Shown one piece after another: positions 10,862 through 21,259 of a stretch of 64,000 nucleotides of DNA; position 1 is the stretch's first letter, and the number at the start of each line of letters is the position of its first letter. The position numbers were made by a program, and so were the translations under genes. The stretch spans positions 2,176,001 to 2,240,000 of the forward strand of contig OZ219790.1 of assembly GCA_964291215.2 (NCBI GenBank), in the 5' to 3' direction. The notes beneath the pieces are model-generated. The model was not told where the DNA came from. It did no database searches and saw nothing but the letters and a program-made list of their open reading frames with translations. The DNA is from Alphaproteobacteria bacterium (GTDB lineage Bacteria > Pseudomonadota > Alphaproteobacteria > MPNO01 > UBA830).

Positions 10862-12130
10862 GTGACGTCGTTTCGCTTCTTCCACACCGCAGACATCCAC
10901 CTCGACAGCCCCCTCAAGGGTCTGGCCGGCCAGGAGGGCGCCGCCGCCGAACGCATTCGCGCCGCGCCGCGCGAAGCCTTCGAGCAGCTGATCGGCACCG
11001 CCATCGACGAAAAGATCGACCTCCTCGTCATCGCCGGAGACCTCTATGACGGCGACTGGCGCGACTACAATACCGGGCTGTTCTTCGTCAGCCAGATGGG
11101 TCGCCTCAACGAGGCCGGTATTCCGACCTGCGTCCTGCACGGCAACCATGACGCCGAGAGCCGAATCACTAGGTCGCTGACGCTGCCCGGCAACGTGCAT
11201 GTTCTCCCCGCGAGGAAACCTGCCACCGTCCGTCTCGACGAGCTCGGCGTCGCGCTGCACGGCCAGAGCTTCACGCAGCGCGCGGAGACCAGGAACCTCG
11301 CCCGGACCTACCCGGAACCCGTCGACGGCGCCTTCAACATCGGCGTGCTGCATACCGCGCTCGACGGGCGCGGCGGCCACGAGACCTACGCCCCCTGCGC
11401 CCTGGCCGACCTCATCGGCAGAGATTACGACTACTGGGCGCTCGGCCATGTGCACCGGGCGGAACTCGTTCACGAGCGGCCTCATGTCGTCTTTCCCGGC
11501 AATCTCCAGGGCCGACACGTCCGCGAGACCGGCCCCAAGGGAGCCGTGTCCGTAACCGTCACGAACAGCGAGGTGGCTGAACTCGAGTGGCGCTACTGCG
11601 ACGTCGTGCGCTGGACCGTGGTCCGGGTCGACGCCGACGGCTGCGACCGCTTCGTCGATGTCGTGGACCGCATGCGCGCGGCGATCGGCGATGCCGTCGC
11701 CGACGAGGCGGACGGACGCCTCCTCGCATGCCGGGTCGAACTCCGCGGCCGTGCACCGATTCACGAGCAGCTCCTCGCCTTGGAAACCAGACTCGCGGCC
11801 GAAGCCGAAGCGGCAGCGCTCGGCGACGGGACGGCGTGGATCGAGCAGGTGATCGTGGCGACCAAGCCCATGGCCGATCCCGAGACGCTCGCCCGGCGCG
11901 AGGACGCCGTCGGCGAATTGCGGCGCATGCTGCTTGACGCCGGAGACGATCCCGAGCTCATCCGCCGTCTCGATGACACGCTCGCGAGGCTGGCCGGCCA
12001 GCTCCCGGCCGGGGTGCGGGACAGTACCGAGGACAGCGCACTCAAGGCCGCAGCCGCGGGGAATTACGCGGCGCTGATCGCGGAGGTGGCGCCGTGGCTG
12101 TGCGGCCGCCTCGCCGGAGGCGGAGACTGA
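10862..12130 (+). CDS. Metallophosphoesterase nuclease, Mre11/SbcD/YhaO family
   Basis: HTADIHLDSP, AGDLYDG, GNHD, LHT, ALGHVH, PGNLQGR motifs. Confidence 0.9.
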   Translation: MTSFRFFHTADIHLDSPLKGLAGQEGAAAERIRAAPREAFEQLIGTAIDEKIDLLVIAGDLYDGDWRDYNTGLFFVSQMGRLNEAGIPTCVLHGNHDAESRITRSLTLPGNVHVLPARKPATVRLDELGVALHGQSFTQRAETRNLARTYPEPVDGAFNIGVLHTALDGRGGHETYAPCALADLIGRDYDYWALGHVHRAELVHERPHVVFPGNLQGRHVRETGPKGAVSVTVTNSEVAELEWRYCDVVRWTVVRVDADGCDRFVDVVDRMRAAIGDAVADEADGRLLACRVELRGRAPIHEQLLALETRLAAEAEAAALGDGTAWIEQVIVATKPMADPETLARREDAVGELRRMLLDAGDDPELIRRLDDTLARLAGQLPAGVRDSTEDSALKAAAAGNYAALIAEVAPWLCGRLAGGGD

Positions 12131-12132
12131 CG

Positions 12133-15100
12133 ATGCGCATCGCGAGGCTGGAGCTTGCCCGCTACGGCCATTTCACCGACCGCGTTCTGGAGTTTCCCGA
12201 AGGGGCGCAGGACTTCCATGTCGTGTTGGGCGCCAACGAAGCCGGCAAGTCGACGGTGCTTGCCGCGATAGAGGATCTGTTGTTCGGGATTCCGCAGCGC
12301 TCACCCTACAGGTTCCTTCACGACTACCGGGAAATGAGGATCGGCGCCACGATCGAGAATGCGGCCGGCGCGTTTTCCTTCTTTCGCAGAAAGGGCAGCA
12401 GCGACTCGCTTGTCGACGCCGCGGGCAATCCCGTCGCCGGTGGCGAACGCCGGCTCGGATCGCTGCTAGCCGGAACCGACCGCGCCTTCTTCGAACGCAT
12501 GTTCAGCCTCGACCACGGCCGACTCGAGGCCGGCGGCCGGGCCATACTCAATTCGAAAGACGACGCCGGGCAGGCGATCTTCGCGGCTGGCGCGGGCCTC
12601 GGCAGCCTGCGCGCCGCTCTTGACGAGATAACCGAGGAGGCCGACGGCCTGTGGGCCCCGAGACGGGCCCAGCACCGCGAACTCTACCAGGCTCTCGACA
12701 GGTGCAGGGAGACGGACAGGGCGCTTCGCGAAGTGACGTTGACGGCGGACAGCTGGCGAAGCCTGAAGCGCGCCCTTGACGGCGCGGCACAGACCCATGA
12801 CGGGATCGAGGAGGAGTTTCGCAGAACCTCGGCCGAACTTCGGCGCCTGTCGCGCATCCGGCGGGTTTATCCGGATCTCCGCCGCCGCGACGTGATCGAG
12901 GCGAAACTCGGGGAACCGGGCGCCCCGGCCCTTCTCCCCGAGGATGCAGGAGAGCTGTTCGACCGCGCGCAACGCCAGCTCTCCGAGGGGGGCGCCAGGA
13001 TGGAGACCCTGGCGGAACAGCTTGCCCAGATCCGTGGGGAGATCGACAGGCTTGTCTGGGACGAGAAGCTGATCGAGCATGAACCGCGTGTCGCGTATCT
13101 CCACCGACAGAGCATCGAGATCATGCCGGAAGTGACCGATCTTCCGAAACGGGAAGCCGAACTCGCAGTCCTTGAGGGCGAGGTACGGCGCTTCGCGGCC
13201 GAACTCGACTGGACGGACGCGGATGCGGAGGATGTGGCTGGCAGAATCCCGCCGCGCGCCGCGGTCCAGGACGCGCATACGCTGCTTCAGGCGCGGGCCG
13301 CCCTCCAGACGGACCTGGACAATCGGCGCGAGGCGCTCGCTTCGGCAGCAGCCAGGCAATCCGAACTGCAGCAGCGGCGCGGGGAAGGCGGCGCACCGGC
13401 GGACACGACAAACCTGGCAGCCGCCATAACCGCCGCGCGCAGGAAAGGCGATATCACAGCGCGGCTGCAGAACGCGGAAGAGGATGTGGCGCTCGCCGAA
13501 CGTCGAACGCGGGATATCCTCGCCACCCTCGTCCCTGCAGTTGCCGACGAGCGGCGGGCAGCGGAAATGCCAGCACCATCGGGATCCGCGATTCAGGCGC
13601 ACGGCCGCCGGAACGACGGGATCGAGAGGGAACGTCAGGAGCTGCAGCGAGAGCGGGCCGAAGCCGAACGGGAGATCGGGCGGCTGCGCGCGGACCAGGC
13701 GGTGCTGCAGAACGACGGGCAGACAATATCCGCCGCCAACCTCGAGAAAGCGCGCAGGCGCCGCGACGACCTCTGGGAGCTGGTCCGGCTGAACTATATC
13801 GACGGCGCGTCCGGGACGAAGCCCGTCATGCCCGTCGACGCGCCCACGGATCCCGCCGCCGCGATGGAAGAGGCCATGCGAACTGCCGACCGGCTTGCGG
13901 ACCAACGCTTCGACACGGCCGAAGCCTCTGCCCGGCTCTCCGAGATCGCGCAGGCAATCACGGTCCGCGAACAGGAGCTTGCGGACATGGAGGAGCGCGA
14001 AAAATCCCTCGACCAGCGGCAACGGACACTCGACCACCAATGGCAGGCCATGTGGGACGGCGCGCCATTCGACCCGTTGCCACCCGACGCGATGGAACAG
14101 TGGATCGAGAGGAGGGACGACCTCGCAGCCGCCGTCGCCCGCGCACAGGACGCGGACCGGGATCTCGCGGTCGCGCGCCGGGCTGCCGACGATGCGAGAG
14201 CGGCCATCGTCGGCGAACTGGCGGCGCTGGACGAAAACCCTCAGACGCTTGACGGAGTGCCGCTGAACCTGGTCGTCGAACGCGCGGACATGCTCAGGGA
14301 ACGGCTCGACTCGGAAGCACGCGAGATCACCGGGCTCGACCGGGGGCTTCGGGAGGTCGGCGCGGAGATCAACCGCCTGCAGGCGGAACTCGAGCGTGCC
14401 CGGGACGCGGTGGGGCGGTGGGAGAACGGGTGGGCGGAGCAGCTCGCAAAACTCGGCTTGCCGGCCGACATATCGCCCGACGACGTCACGGCCCGGATCG
14501 ACATCATCGACCGGATCCGGGATCGGATCGAGCCGATCCGGGAGCTTCGCGACCGCCGCATCGGCAAGATCCGGCGCGACATCGAGACCTTCGAGGCCGC
14601 CGTCAAGGCCACCGTCGCGGAGCTCGCAGACGATCTCGCGGAACGGCCCTGCGGAGACGCCATTCATGAACTGATGCGGCGCACGGATGAGGCCCGAACG
14701 AGATCCGAACAACGTCGCACGCAACTGTCGAAGGCGGAGGATGTCGCGAAACGAATCGCAGACCTCGAGCGCGACCTGGAACAGGCTCAGGCCGGAATCA
14801 GCCATCTCATGCGCCAGGCGGGAACCGACACTCCCGAGGGCCTCGGAGACGCCATCGCGCGGTCGGACCGGCGGCGCTTGCTCGAACGGGAACTCCGGGA
14901 TATCGACGACCGGCTTGTCCGGGCAGGCGACGGGCTTGCGCCTGACGAGCTCCGGGCCGAATGCGCCGGCATCGATCCGGACGGGGTCGCGGCGCTCGAG
15001 GAAAGCTGCGAAGCACAACTGAAGGAGGTCAACAACCGGAAGGCCGACGCCGCCGTCGTCCTGTCGGAAACGCGGAAGGAATTCGAAAAGGCCGGCGGCG

Positions 15101-15672
15101 GCGATGCCGCGGCGAGGGCCGAGGCTGGCCGCCAGCAAGCCCTCGCTGAAGCCGGCCGAATCGCCGGGCGTTACGTCCGGGCGGGCACCTCGGAAATACT
15201 GCTCAGATGGGCCATCGACCGCTACCGGCGCGAAAAACAGGGACCACTCCTCGCGCGTGCGGGGGAGCTGTTCCGGATCATGACCCGGGGATCGTTCGTC
15301 AGACTCCGGATCGAATACGACAACCGCGACAGGCCGGTGCTGGCCGGCGCAAGGGCGGACGAGCAGACGGTGGAGGTCGGCGGCATGAGCGACGGCACGG
15401 TTGACCAGCTCTATCTCGCCTTGCGCGTGGCCGCGCTCGAGGAATATCTCCGGCAGGCGGCCGCGCTGCCGTTCGTCGCCGACGACCTCTTCATCAATTT
15501 CGACGACGAAAGGGCGGCGGCCGGCCTCGAGGTGCTCGCGGGCCTGGCGGAGGAAACGCAGGTCCTGTTCTTCACGCACCACCGTCATCTCGTCGACCTC
15601 GTGCGGGAGATGTTCGGGCCCGAGATGTCGGTGGTGATGTGCGCGGCGCAGAATCGGACGGAGCCGGCGTGA
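12133..15672 (+). CDS. YhaN family SMC/Rad50-like ATPase with long coiled coil
   Basis: Walker A GANEAGKST, long coiled coil, signature MSDGTVDQLYLALR, ADDLFINFDDER, FTHH. Confidence 0.9.
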   Translation: MRIARLELARYGHFTDRVLEFPEGAQDFHVVLGANEAGKSTVLAAIEDLLFGIPQRSPYRFLHDYREMRIGATIENAAGAFSFFRRKGSSDSLVDAAGNPVAGGERRLGSLLAGTDRAFFERMFSLDHGRLEAGGRAILNSKDDAGQAIFAAGAGLGSLRAALDEITEEADGLWAPRRAQHRELYQALDRCRETDRALREVTLTADSWRSLKRALDGAAQTHDGIEEEFRRTSAELRRLSRIRRVYPDLRRRDVIEAKLGEPGAPALLPEDAGELFDRAQRQLSEGGARMETLAEQLAQIRGEIDRLVWDEKLIEHEPRVAYLHRQSIEIMPEVTDLPKREAELAVLEGEVRRFAAELDWTDADAEDVAGRIPPRAAVQDAHTLLQARAALQTDLDNRREALASAAARQSELQQRRGEGGAPADTTNLAAAITAARRKGDITARLQNAEEDVALAERRTRDILATLVPAVADERRAAEMPAPSGSAIQAHGRRNDGIERERQELQRERAEAEREIGRLRADQAVLQNDGQTISAANLEKARRRRDDLWELVRLNYIDGASGTKPVMPVDAPTDPAAAMEEAMRTADRLADQRFDTAEASARLSEIAQAITVREQELADMEEREKSLDQRQRTLDHQWQAMWDGAPFDPLPPDAMEQWIERRDDLAAAVARAQDADRDLAVARRAADDARAAIVGELAALDENPQTLDGVPLNLVVERADMLRERLDSEAREITGLDRGLREVGAEINRLQAELERARDAVGRWENGWAEQLAKLGLPADISPDDVTARIDIIDRIRDRIEPIRELRDRRIGKIRRDIETFEAAVKATVAELADDLAERPCGDAIHELMRRTDEARTRSEQRRTQLSKAEDVAKRIADLERDLEQAQAGISHLMRQAGTDTPEGLGDAIARSDRRRLLERELRDIDDRLVRAGDGLAPDELRAECAGIDPDGVAALEESCEAQLKEVNNRKADAAVVLSETRKEFEKAGGGDAAARAEAGRQQALAEAGRIAGRYVRAGTSEILLRWAIDRYRREKQGPLLARAGELFRIMTRGSFVRLRIEYDNRDRPVLAGARADEQTVEVGGMSDGTVDQLYLALRVAALEEYLRQAAALPFVADDLFINFDDERAAAGLEVLAGLAEETQVLFFTHHRHLVDLVREMFGPEMSVVMCAAQNRTEPA

Positions 15673-15884
15673 TCGCCGGCCCGGTGGCAGCCGGCCTTTC
15701 CCGATTCCGGCATTCGAGGCGCACCCTGGACAAGCCCGCGGCAGCGGACTGCGGAGCGGTCCATATTGTAACGAAAATCGATTTCGATCATAAATCATGA
15801 CGATCAACCGATCATGCTGGTCCATAACGGAAACACATGTTCAGACCCGCCACGGCCAAGAGGCGTCATTGCCACTGAAAACGG

Positions 15885-16382
15885 ATGACCGCGCAACGGA
15901 GCAGAACGACTGTCGTGGCGGCGGCAATTTTCGCCGCAGCAGCGCCGCTTGCCGGCTGCCTGCCGGTGAACGACCCGCTGCTTCCGATCCTGGCAGGGGA
16001 GAACCGGGCCGGGGACCCGAAATCCGGCAGACCACCAGCAGACGGACGACTCCGACTAAAGCCGCCGCCGTCCGGCACCCCGGTTGCCGAACATCGGCGC
16101 CCCCTCGTCGTCATTCGTTTCGTGAATGACGACATCGGCTTCGAAACGCCGCTCTATCGTGAAGTCAGCCGCGCACTCTCCCGGTATCCGGCCCTGCGCC
16201 TCGATCTGGTGGCGGTGACACCGAGCCAGGCCGACGCCGGGATATCCGGGCAGGCGGTAACGTATGGCGGGCGGGTCCTGCGTTCGCTGGCCGGGATGGG
16301 CTTCCCTTCCGAACGAATACGCATGTCAGCCATGGCCAGCAGCGCCGTAGCCGTGGCCGAAGTCCACCTCTACGTCAGATAG
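15885..16382 (+). CDS. Hypothetical lipoprotein
   Basis: Signal peptide with lipobox LAGC; C-terminal PLVVIRF..EVHLYVR domain. Confidence 0.65.
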   Translation: MTAQRSRTTVVAAAIFAAAAPLAGCLPVNDPLLPILAGENRAGDPKSGRPPADGRLRLKPPPSGTPVAEHRRPLVVIRFVNDDIGFETPLYREVSRALSRYPALRLDLVAVTPSQADAGISGQAVTYGGRVLRSLAGMGFPSERIRMSAMASSAVAVAEVHLYVR

Positions 16383-16617
16383 GCGGGTGCGGTTCCCGCG
16401 ACTGCACCGGATTCAACAACCAGCGAGGCAGTGCCTACTGCCTGGAAGCCGCCGGAAACCGCTCTTGCGCATCGCTGTGGCGCACCGGCTCGCAGCATCT
16501 CTCCGACCATGGCAGCGACGCACGGTTGAGCTGTCGACAACATTCTGAATTGTCAGGAAAGGCTGGAGACGGCCCTCTCGTATCGTTGACCGGAGCTCCA
16601 CGGCCTTCAGGGTGCGC

Positions 16618-17283
16618 TCAATTGCCTGCGGTCCCGGCGGGTTTGGCCTTGCGCCACACGCTGGCGAGCCAAGGTTGCTCGTGGCGCGGTTTTCCAGGCG
16701 GGCGGAAATAGTGATCGAGTTCAACGAAGCCCGCCCCGCTCACCTGAGCGCGCCAGGTTTCCAGATCGAGGAAACAGCCGAAGCGATTGCCGTTCCAACC
16801 CTCCCGGTTGTCGCCCCTCGGGTTCGAGCTGAACAGTATGCCGCGCGGCTTGAGGGTGGCATGCAGTTCGCGCAACACCCGAGGCAGTTCCTGGCGCGGC
16901 ACATGGAATAGCGAGGCGTTGGCGAAGATTCCGTCGAAACGCGCCGCAGGCAGGTCAAGCGCCAGAAAATCCTGGTGAAACACCTCGCAACCCGCCATGC
17001 GCCGGGCCATCGCGACAAATTCCGCCGCGCCGTCGAGGCCGATTGCGTCGTGGCCGGCCTCACGAAACGCCATCAGGTCGCGCCCCGGCCCACACCCGAA
17101 ATCGAGGATCGAATATGGCGGGTCACCGCCGATCGCGTCGATCAGAGCCGCCCGGTTCTGGCTCACGTCGTGATCCCGGGTGCCGGCCCAGAATTCGCGG
17201 GCCGCCCGATCATAATCTCCGAGGGTAGTGTCGGTGATCCGGCGCAACGCGTCCGCATCGTGGTGTATGGACGGTTTCGTCAT
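16618..17283 (-). CDS. Class I SAM-dependent methyltransferase
   Basis: ILDFGCGPGRD, FDGIFANASLFH. Confidence 0.88.
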   Translation of the reverse strand: MTKPSIHHDADALRRITDTTLGDYDRAAREFWAGTRDHDVSQNRAALIDAIGGDPPYSILDFGCGPGRDLMAFREAGHDAIGLDGAAEFVAMARRMAGCEVFHQDFLALDLPAARFDGIFANASLFHVPRQELPRVLRELHATLKPRGILFSSNPRGDNREGWNGNRFGCFLDLETWRAQVSGAGFVELDHYFRPPGKPRHEQPWLASVWRKAKPAGTAGN

Positions 17284-17393
17284 CGATCTCGCTGTTCCAT
17301 GGTGGTCAATTCCGAGGAGACGCAAGGAGGTTTGGGACTGGATCATCCAGCCAAGATGTATGGCATGCCGGGTGGCAAGCCGCCAGTCAATCC

Positions 17394-17960
17394 GATGACA
17401 TTGACGACCGATCACATCATGATCCGCATGGTACGACGCAAGGTGGTGGCGAGTTTCGATGCCAGCCGGGTGTCCTCGGAAGCGGCGCGGCTTCGGGGCG
17501 CGAACGAGATGTTCGATGTAACCGGACAGCTGGCGGCCTATTTTACGAACTATCGTGCCGAGGGCGTATCGAGCATCCGCGCCGAGCGCTGGTCGGGCAG
17601 CGTGTTTTCGGTCTGGCCTTGGGCTATGAGGATCTCACCGATCACGACCGGCTTCGCGACGACAGCGCCGTTGCGCTGGGCGCGAGAACGTGACGGGCGC
17701 AAGCACGACCGGGTCATCTCCTGGCGGATTCGAACACGCTCATGTAATCCGAATCGTCTGGAGTTGAGCGATCCGGATGAAACCGAGCGGCATCGCCGCA
17801 AGAAGATCGTGGCCGATCAAGAACATCTGGGCCGGTTGCTGGTGGATCTGTTTCTGGATTTCCATGAGGTGCCACCAGAAGAGATCGTTGTCGATCTCGA
17901 TGCAACGAATGACCTGCCGCACGGCAGCCAGGAGGGCCGTTTCTTTCATGGCTACTGGCG
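17394..17960 (+). mobile_element. IS1380 family transposase remnant
   Basis: Pieces across frames: VVASFDA, QRVFGLALGYEDL.DHD, NRLEL, DLDATND..HGSQEGRFFHGY; truncated. Confidence 0.8.
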
Positions 17961-18458
17961 TCGAGTTGCCCCGGGGACCCTGAGCTTTCGCCGGTTTTGA
18001 CGCCACTTAGGCCTGACGACGCGTTATCAGTGGTTCACTCGCGTTCAGCTCTGACTTGCTCACCTGACCGACTCTGATGGCCGGCCCTTTCCCAACGCGC
18101 TCGCCACCGTGCCTCTTGAGCACAGCAGCCGGGGGCAGTTTGAAGCCTCCGCCTGTACGGCGGCTCCGAAGGGCCCACCCTCATCTCTTGCACAGCATGA
18201 CTTCCAGTAGGCTACATCTTCACCTCCTGTTGTCTTCGTGGCACACCGGAGGTCGGCCCCTTGCGAACGCACGAGGCCTTGTTGTGTTTCAAGCTGTCGT
18301 TGGCCGCAAGAACATTTGACACAACTATCGGCCGTGGTTATTCGGTATCGACGCGGACATGTCGCATCATCGCGCGGTGGCCAGCAGCCCACGAGGAGGC
18401 CACTCCCGCAGGCGCAGTCTCGACGACGACGCCAGAGCGACCACGGGAGAATCGCATC

Positions 18459-20156
18459 ATGGCACTGGCACGGTGGGCGCTCATGGCGGTCGGAGTCTTG
18501 CTCCTTTCCGTCGCAGCGGCGGCGGAGCGCGGACGCGACGGCCACGCAAGGATCATCTACTGGCAGGCCCCGTCGATCCTCAATCCTTACCTTTCGGGAG
18601 GAACCAAGGACCTTGAAGCCGCGTCGATGATCCTGGAGCCGCTCGCCCGGTTCGACGAATCCGGGAACCTGTCTCCCTGGCTTGCCACCACGGTACCCAC
18701 GGTGGCCAACGGCGGGGTGTCAGCCGACCTCAAGACGGTGACATGGAAACTGCGCGAAGGCCTGCTCTGGTCTGATGGCAGCCCGCTGACGGCTGCCGAT
18801 GTCTCGTTTACCGCCGAGTACTGCCGGGATCCGGCAGGCGGGTGCTCCCAGCTCGCCAAGTTCGATGACGTGACGACGGTTGAGGTGCTCGACCATCTCA
18901 CCGTCAAGATTACCTTCGGCGTCCCCAAACCTTACCCCTACGGCCCGTTTACGGGGGCCGGTTCGCCGATATTGCAGAAGGCCCAGTTCGGCGATTGCAA
19001 GGGCGCGCGGGCTCCGGAATGCACTGAGGCCAATTTCAGGCCGGTCGGCACGGGACCATTCCGCGTGACCGAGTTTCGACCGAACGATGTGATCTTGCTG
19101 GAAGCGAATCCTCACTACCGCGATCCCGCAAAGCCTGCCTTTGCCACAGTCACGTTCAAGGGCGGCGGCGACGCAGCGGCGGCGGCGCGCGCCGTATTGG
19201 CGACCGGCGAATTCGATTACGCCTGGAACCTGCAGCTCGCGCCGGACGTGTTGAACGGCATGCGGGCAGCAGGCAAGGGAAACGTGATCTCGAGTTTCGG
19301 AACCCTGGTCGAGCGGCTGGTCGTGAATCTGACCGACCCTTCCCCCGTACGGGGCAAAGCGCGCTCCACTCGCTCGCATCCCCATCCATTCCTGACCGAG
19401 CACGCGGTTCGCAAGGCGCTGTCGATGGCCATCGACCGCGAACTTCTCGTCGAGATCGGCTATGGGCAAACCGGGCGCCCGGCCTGCAATGTGGTTCCCG
19501 CTCCGGCAATCTACGCTTCCAAAGCCAACGACGATTGTCTCCGGCAAGACATCGAAGGCGCCAGACGCCTGCTGGACGCGGCCGGGTGGCGGCCCGGGCC
19601 AGGCGGAATACGGCAGAAAGACGGCGTACGGCTCTCCATCCTGTTCCAGACCTCGACCAACGCGGTCCGGCAGGACTTTCAGGCCTTGATCAAGCAATGG
19701 TGGTCCGAAATCGGGGTCGAGACGGAACTTCGTAACATCGACGCTTCCGTGTTCTTCGGAGGCGACCCCGGCAGTCCGGACACCTTTCAAAAATTCTTCG
19801 CCGACATCGAGATGTACGCCAACAAGTTCGAGGGTACGGACCCGGAAACCTATCTCGCCTCATGGCGTTGCGGCAACGAACCCCGGCCGGCCTCGCAATG
19901 GCAGGGCTTGAACATGCCCCGCTATTGCAGCGAAGCCTACGACCGCCTTCTCGCGGAGATGGCCATGACCGGCGACATCTCCGAGAGGGCCCGGCTTGCG
20001 AGGGCGATGAACGACCTGTTGGTCCAGGACTACGTGCTGATCCCGCTGGTCCGCCGCGGGCGCGTGTCCGCGCATGCCCGCTCGCTTGCCGAGGTGCGGC
20101 TGAATACCTGGGACAGCGAGCTCTGGAACATCGCCGACTGGCACCGGGCACGGTGA
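18459..20156 (+). CDS. Peptide ABC transporter substrate-binding protein (family 5)
   Basis: Signal peptide, YWQAPSILNPYLSGGTKD, WSDGSPLTAADV, PVGTGPF. Confidence 0.92.
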   Translation: MALARWALMAVGVLLLSVAAAAERGRDGHARIIYWQAPSILNPYLSGGTKDLEAASMILEPLARFDESGNLSPWLATTVPTVANGGVSADLKTVTWKLREGLLWSDGSPLTAADVSFTAEYCRDPAGGCSQLAKFDDVTTVEVLDHLTVKITFGVPKPYPYGPFTGAGSPILQKAQFGDCKGARAPECTEANFRPVGTGPFRVTEFRPNDVILLEANPHYRDPAKPAFATVTFKGGGDAAAAARAVLATGEFDYAWNLQLAPDVLNGMRAAGKGNVISSFGTLVERLVVNLTDPSPVRGKARSTRSHPHPFLTEHAVRKALSMAIDRELLVEIGYGQTGRPACNVVPAPAIYASKANDDCLRQDIEGARRLLDAAGWRPGPGGIRQKDGVRLSILFQTSTNAVRQDFQALIKQWWSEIGVETELRNIDASVFFGGDPGSPDTFQKFFADIEMYANKFEGTDPETYLASWRCGNEPRPASQWQGLNMPRYCSEAYDRLLAEMAMTGDISERARLARAMNDLLVQDYVLIPLVRRGRVSAHARSLAEVRLNTWDSELWNIADWHRAR

Positions 20157-20251
20157 GGCACCGCCGCCGGGGCGCGTCCGCGGGTCGCATTCTCCGGGGA
20201 GCGCGACACACCGGAGCGCTCCTGACGGCAGTGGATTGAGGCACCCGGAAC

Positions 20252-21259
20252 ATGCCCGTCTATACCGTCCGGCGCGCGCTCGTCGCGGTTCCGACCCTTC
20301 TCCTGATCAGCCTGGTCCTGTTCCTGCTGCTCGATCTGGCGCCAGGTGATCCGACCGCGCAGCTGCCGCTGACAATTCCGCCCGAGGTGAAGGAGAAGAT
20401 TCGCCACTCGCTCGGGCTGGGCGAGCCGATATACGTCCGCTACCTGCTCTGGCTCCAGCAGTTCTTCGTCAACGAACCCCTTCACCTGTTGTCGCAGTTG
20501 ACGGGGCTGGACCTCGGCAGCGACCGGCACAGGGTGATTTCGTGGCAAACACGTTCTCCCGTAGTCGATCTCGTGATCGAGAGGCTGCCGCAAACGCTGT
20601 GGGTCGTCGGATTGTCCTATGTCGTCGGTATCGCCATCGGGCTCCCGGTCGGGATCATCTCGGCCCGGCACCAATACGGATGGTTCGATCAGCTCGGAAC
20701 CTTCGTCTCCATGGTCGGGTTCTCCGTGCCCACATTCTTCAGCAGCGTTTTGCTGATCGTCGTGTTCTCCGTCGAGCTCGGCTGGTTTCCGTCGATCTAC
20801 GACACCACCCACAGGGTCACCGGCTGGGACAGCCTGCTGTTTCAGCTCCGGCAGATGGCAATGCCGGTCACGGTGCTCGCGCTGTACAACGCAGCGCAGA
20901 TCAGCCGCTTCATGCGGTCATCCGCGCTCGACAATCTCAATCTGGATTATGTGCGCACCGCCCGGGCCAAGGGTATGTCGGAACGAAGGGTGATCTTCGT
21001 TCATGTCCTGCGAAACGCCGTCGGGCCGGTGGTGACGGTCGTGGCACTCGGCGTTCCGAGCATATTCGGCGGCGCGATCATCACCGAGCAGATCTTCAAG
21101 ATCAACGGGCTGGGACAGCTGCTGATCACGTCGATCCAGGCCAGCGACCTGCCGACGGTGCAAACCCTGACATTCATCTTCGCGGTGCTGATCGTCGCGT
21201 GCAACCTGCTGGCGGATCTCCTCCTCGGTATTCTCGATCCGCGAATCCGCTATGGCTGA
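20252..21259 (+). CDS. Peptide ABC transporter permease (OppB/DppB-like)
   Basis: LAPGDP, DYVRTARAKG, ITEQIF. Confidence 0.92.
   Translation: MPVYTVRRALVAVPTLLLISLVLFLLLDLAPGDPTAQLPLTIPPEVKEKIRHSLGLGEPIYVRYLLWLQQFFVNEPLHLLSQLTGLDLGSDRHRVISWQTRSPVVDLVIERLPQTLWVVGLSYVVGIAIGLPVGIISARHQYGWFDQLGTFVSMVGFSVPTFFSSVLLIVVFSVELGWFPSIYDTTHRVTGWDSLLFQLRQMAMPVTVLALYNAAQISRFMRSSALDNLNLDYVRTARAKGMSERRVIFVHVLRNAVGPVVTVVALGVPSIFGGAIITEQIFKINGLGQLLITSIQASDLPTVQTLTFIFAVLIVACNLLADLLLGILDPRIRYG

Noticed and set aside
12466-15825. 1119-aa minus-strand ORF and similar long antisense ORFs (e.g. 2894-4699, 8529-10844, 31606-33453, 46686-48044)
   Set aside because: They shadow real genes on the opposite strand, as expected in GC-rich DNA, and show no recognisable motifs.
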